A stretch of DNA of 64,000 bases from the human T2T-CHM13v2.0 reference genome, Homo sapiens. Position 1 is the stretch's first letter, and each line of letters begins with the position of its first letter. The DNA lies in assembly GCF_009914755.1 (NCBI RefSeq), contig NC_060933.1. One strand, written 5' to 3'. Under the pieces are notes generated by a model. It worked only from the letters and a program-made list of their open reading frames with translations. It searched no databases and was not told the DNA's origin. This document shows positions 63,341 to 64,000 of the stretch, in pieces. Made by a program: the position numbers and the translations under genes.

Positions 63341-64000
63341 CTTTCCATCGCTGGGAATTTCCCGCCTGTAGCGCTTGGTGGATAATTGGAGTGATTTAAC
63401 TCACAAAGTTAAGCATATCTACGTTTAAAACATGGAGCCATATACATGATAGGGAGGTGCCTAATGAGAACTCATTCCCATGTCAAAAATACCATGAGCC
63501 ATTTTCAGTAGGCGAAGAGTTCTCAGATAAAACCCTGTGTCGGTTTTACATCCAAATCCACCAAGGTAGATAGGTTCTTTACTGGGGCTTCTTAGAGGGA
63601 CACTTGGAAGTGGGAGGTGGGTTCCTTGAATGAGAAGACTCAGTTTTCTCAAAATGTGAGCTCTTAATATGTTTATCAGTTTTACATAAACCGAATGAAA
63701 ATATCAAGGTTTTATCATTTTTGCATGACACTTGCTGTCTGTCTTACCATTGTGATGACATTTTAAAATGTTTATAATGGAGTGAAAAACGACTTGCTCC
63801 TCTAGATATCAAAACGTGCTATTAATTCCCACAATTAATTATTTACTAACAGCTACAAACACATATAAATAAATGGAACAGAATAGGAAATCCAAAAACA
63901 CTGAAATATATGTAAGATATATACATAGGGATTGATAATGGTAACATTTCAGATGAGTAGGAAAGGACAAGTTATTAATAAAATGCCTGCTGTGTGAAGA

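Overview
Human (or very close great-ape) genomic DNA, recognised from gene content as chr9p13.3. From left to right it contains: (1) the complete 26-exon NOL6 (Utp22/Nrap) gene on the minus strand, which I spliced by hand to a 3441-nt CDS (1146 aa plus stop), with the mirtron MIR6851 in intron 11 and a CpG promoter at about 12.3-12.7 kb; (2) a very Alu-dense spacer at about 12.9-25.5 kb; (3) an AT-rich block carrying the unprocessed, truncated pseudogene SUGT1P1 (five intron-separated SUGT1-like exons, minus strand, 42.3-49.2 kb) joined to a CpG-rich promoter-like segment; (4) LTR47 and HERV-K LTR5 solo LTRs and old L1 debris at 50-62 kb; (5) the CpG island and first coding exon of ANKRD18B on the plus strand. 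Most ORFs in the supplied track are exon fragments, antisense shadows or Alu/L1 artefacts. I found no firmly supported new biological system. The most interesting leads are possible SUGT1P1-to-NOL6 read-through, promoter capture by the pseudogene, a candidate LTR5-driven exon, and several small template-switch or duplication scars. Gene, miRNA and repeat names come from memory, not from a database search.
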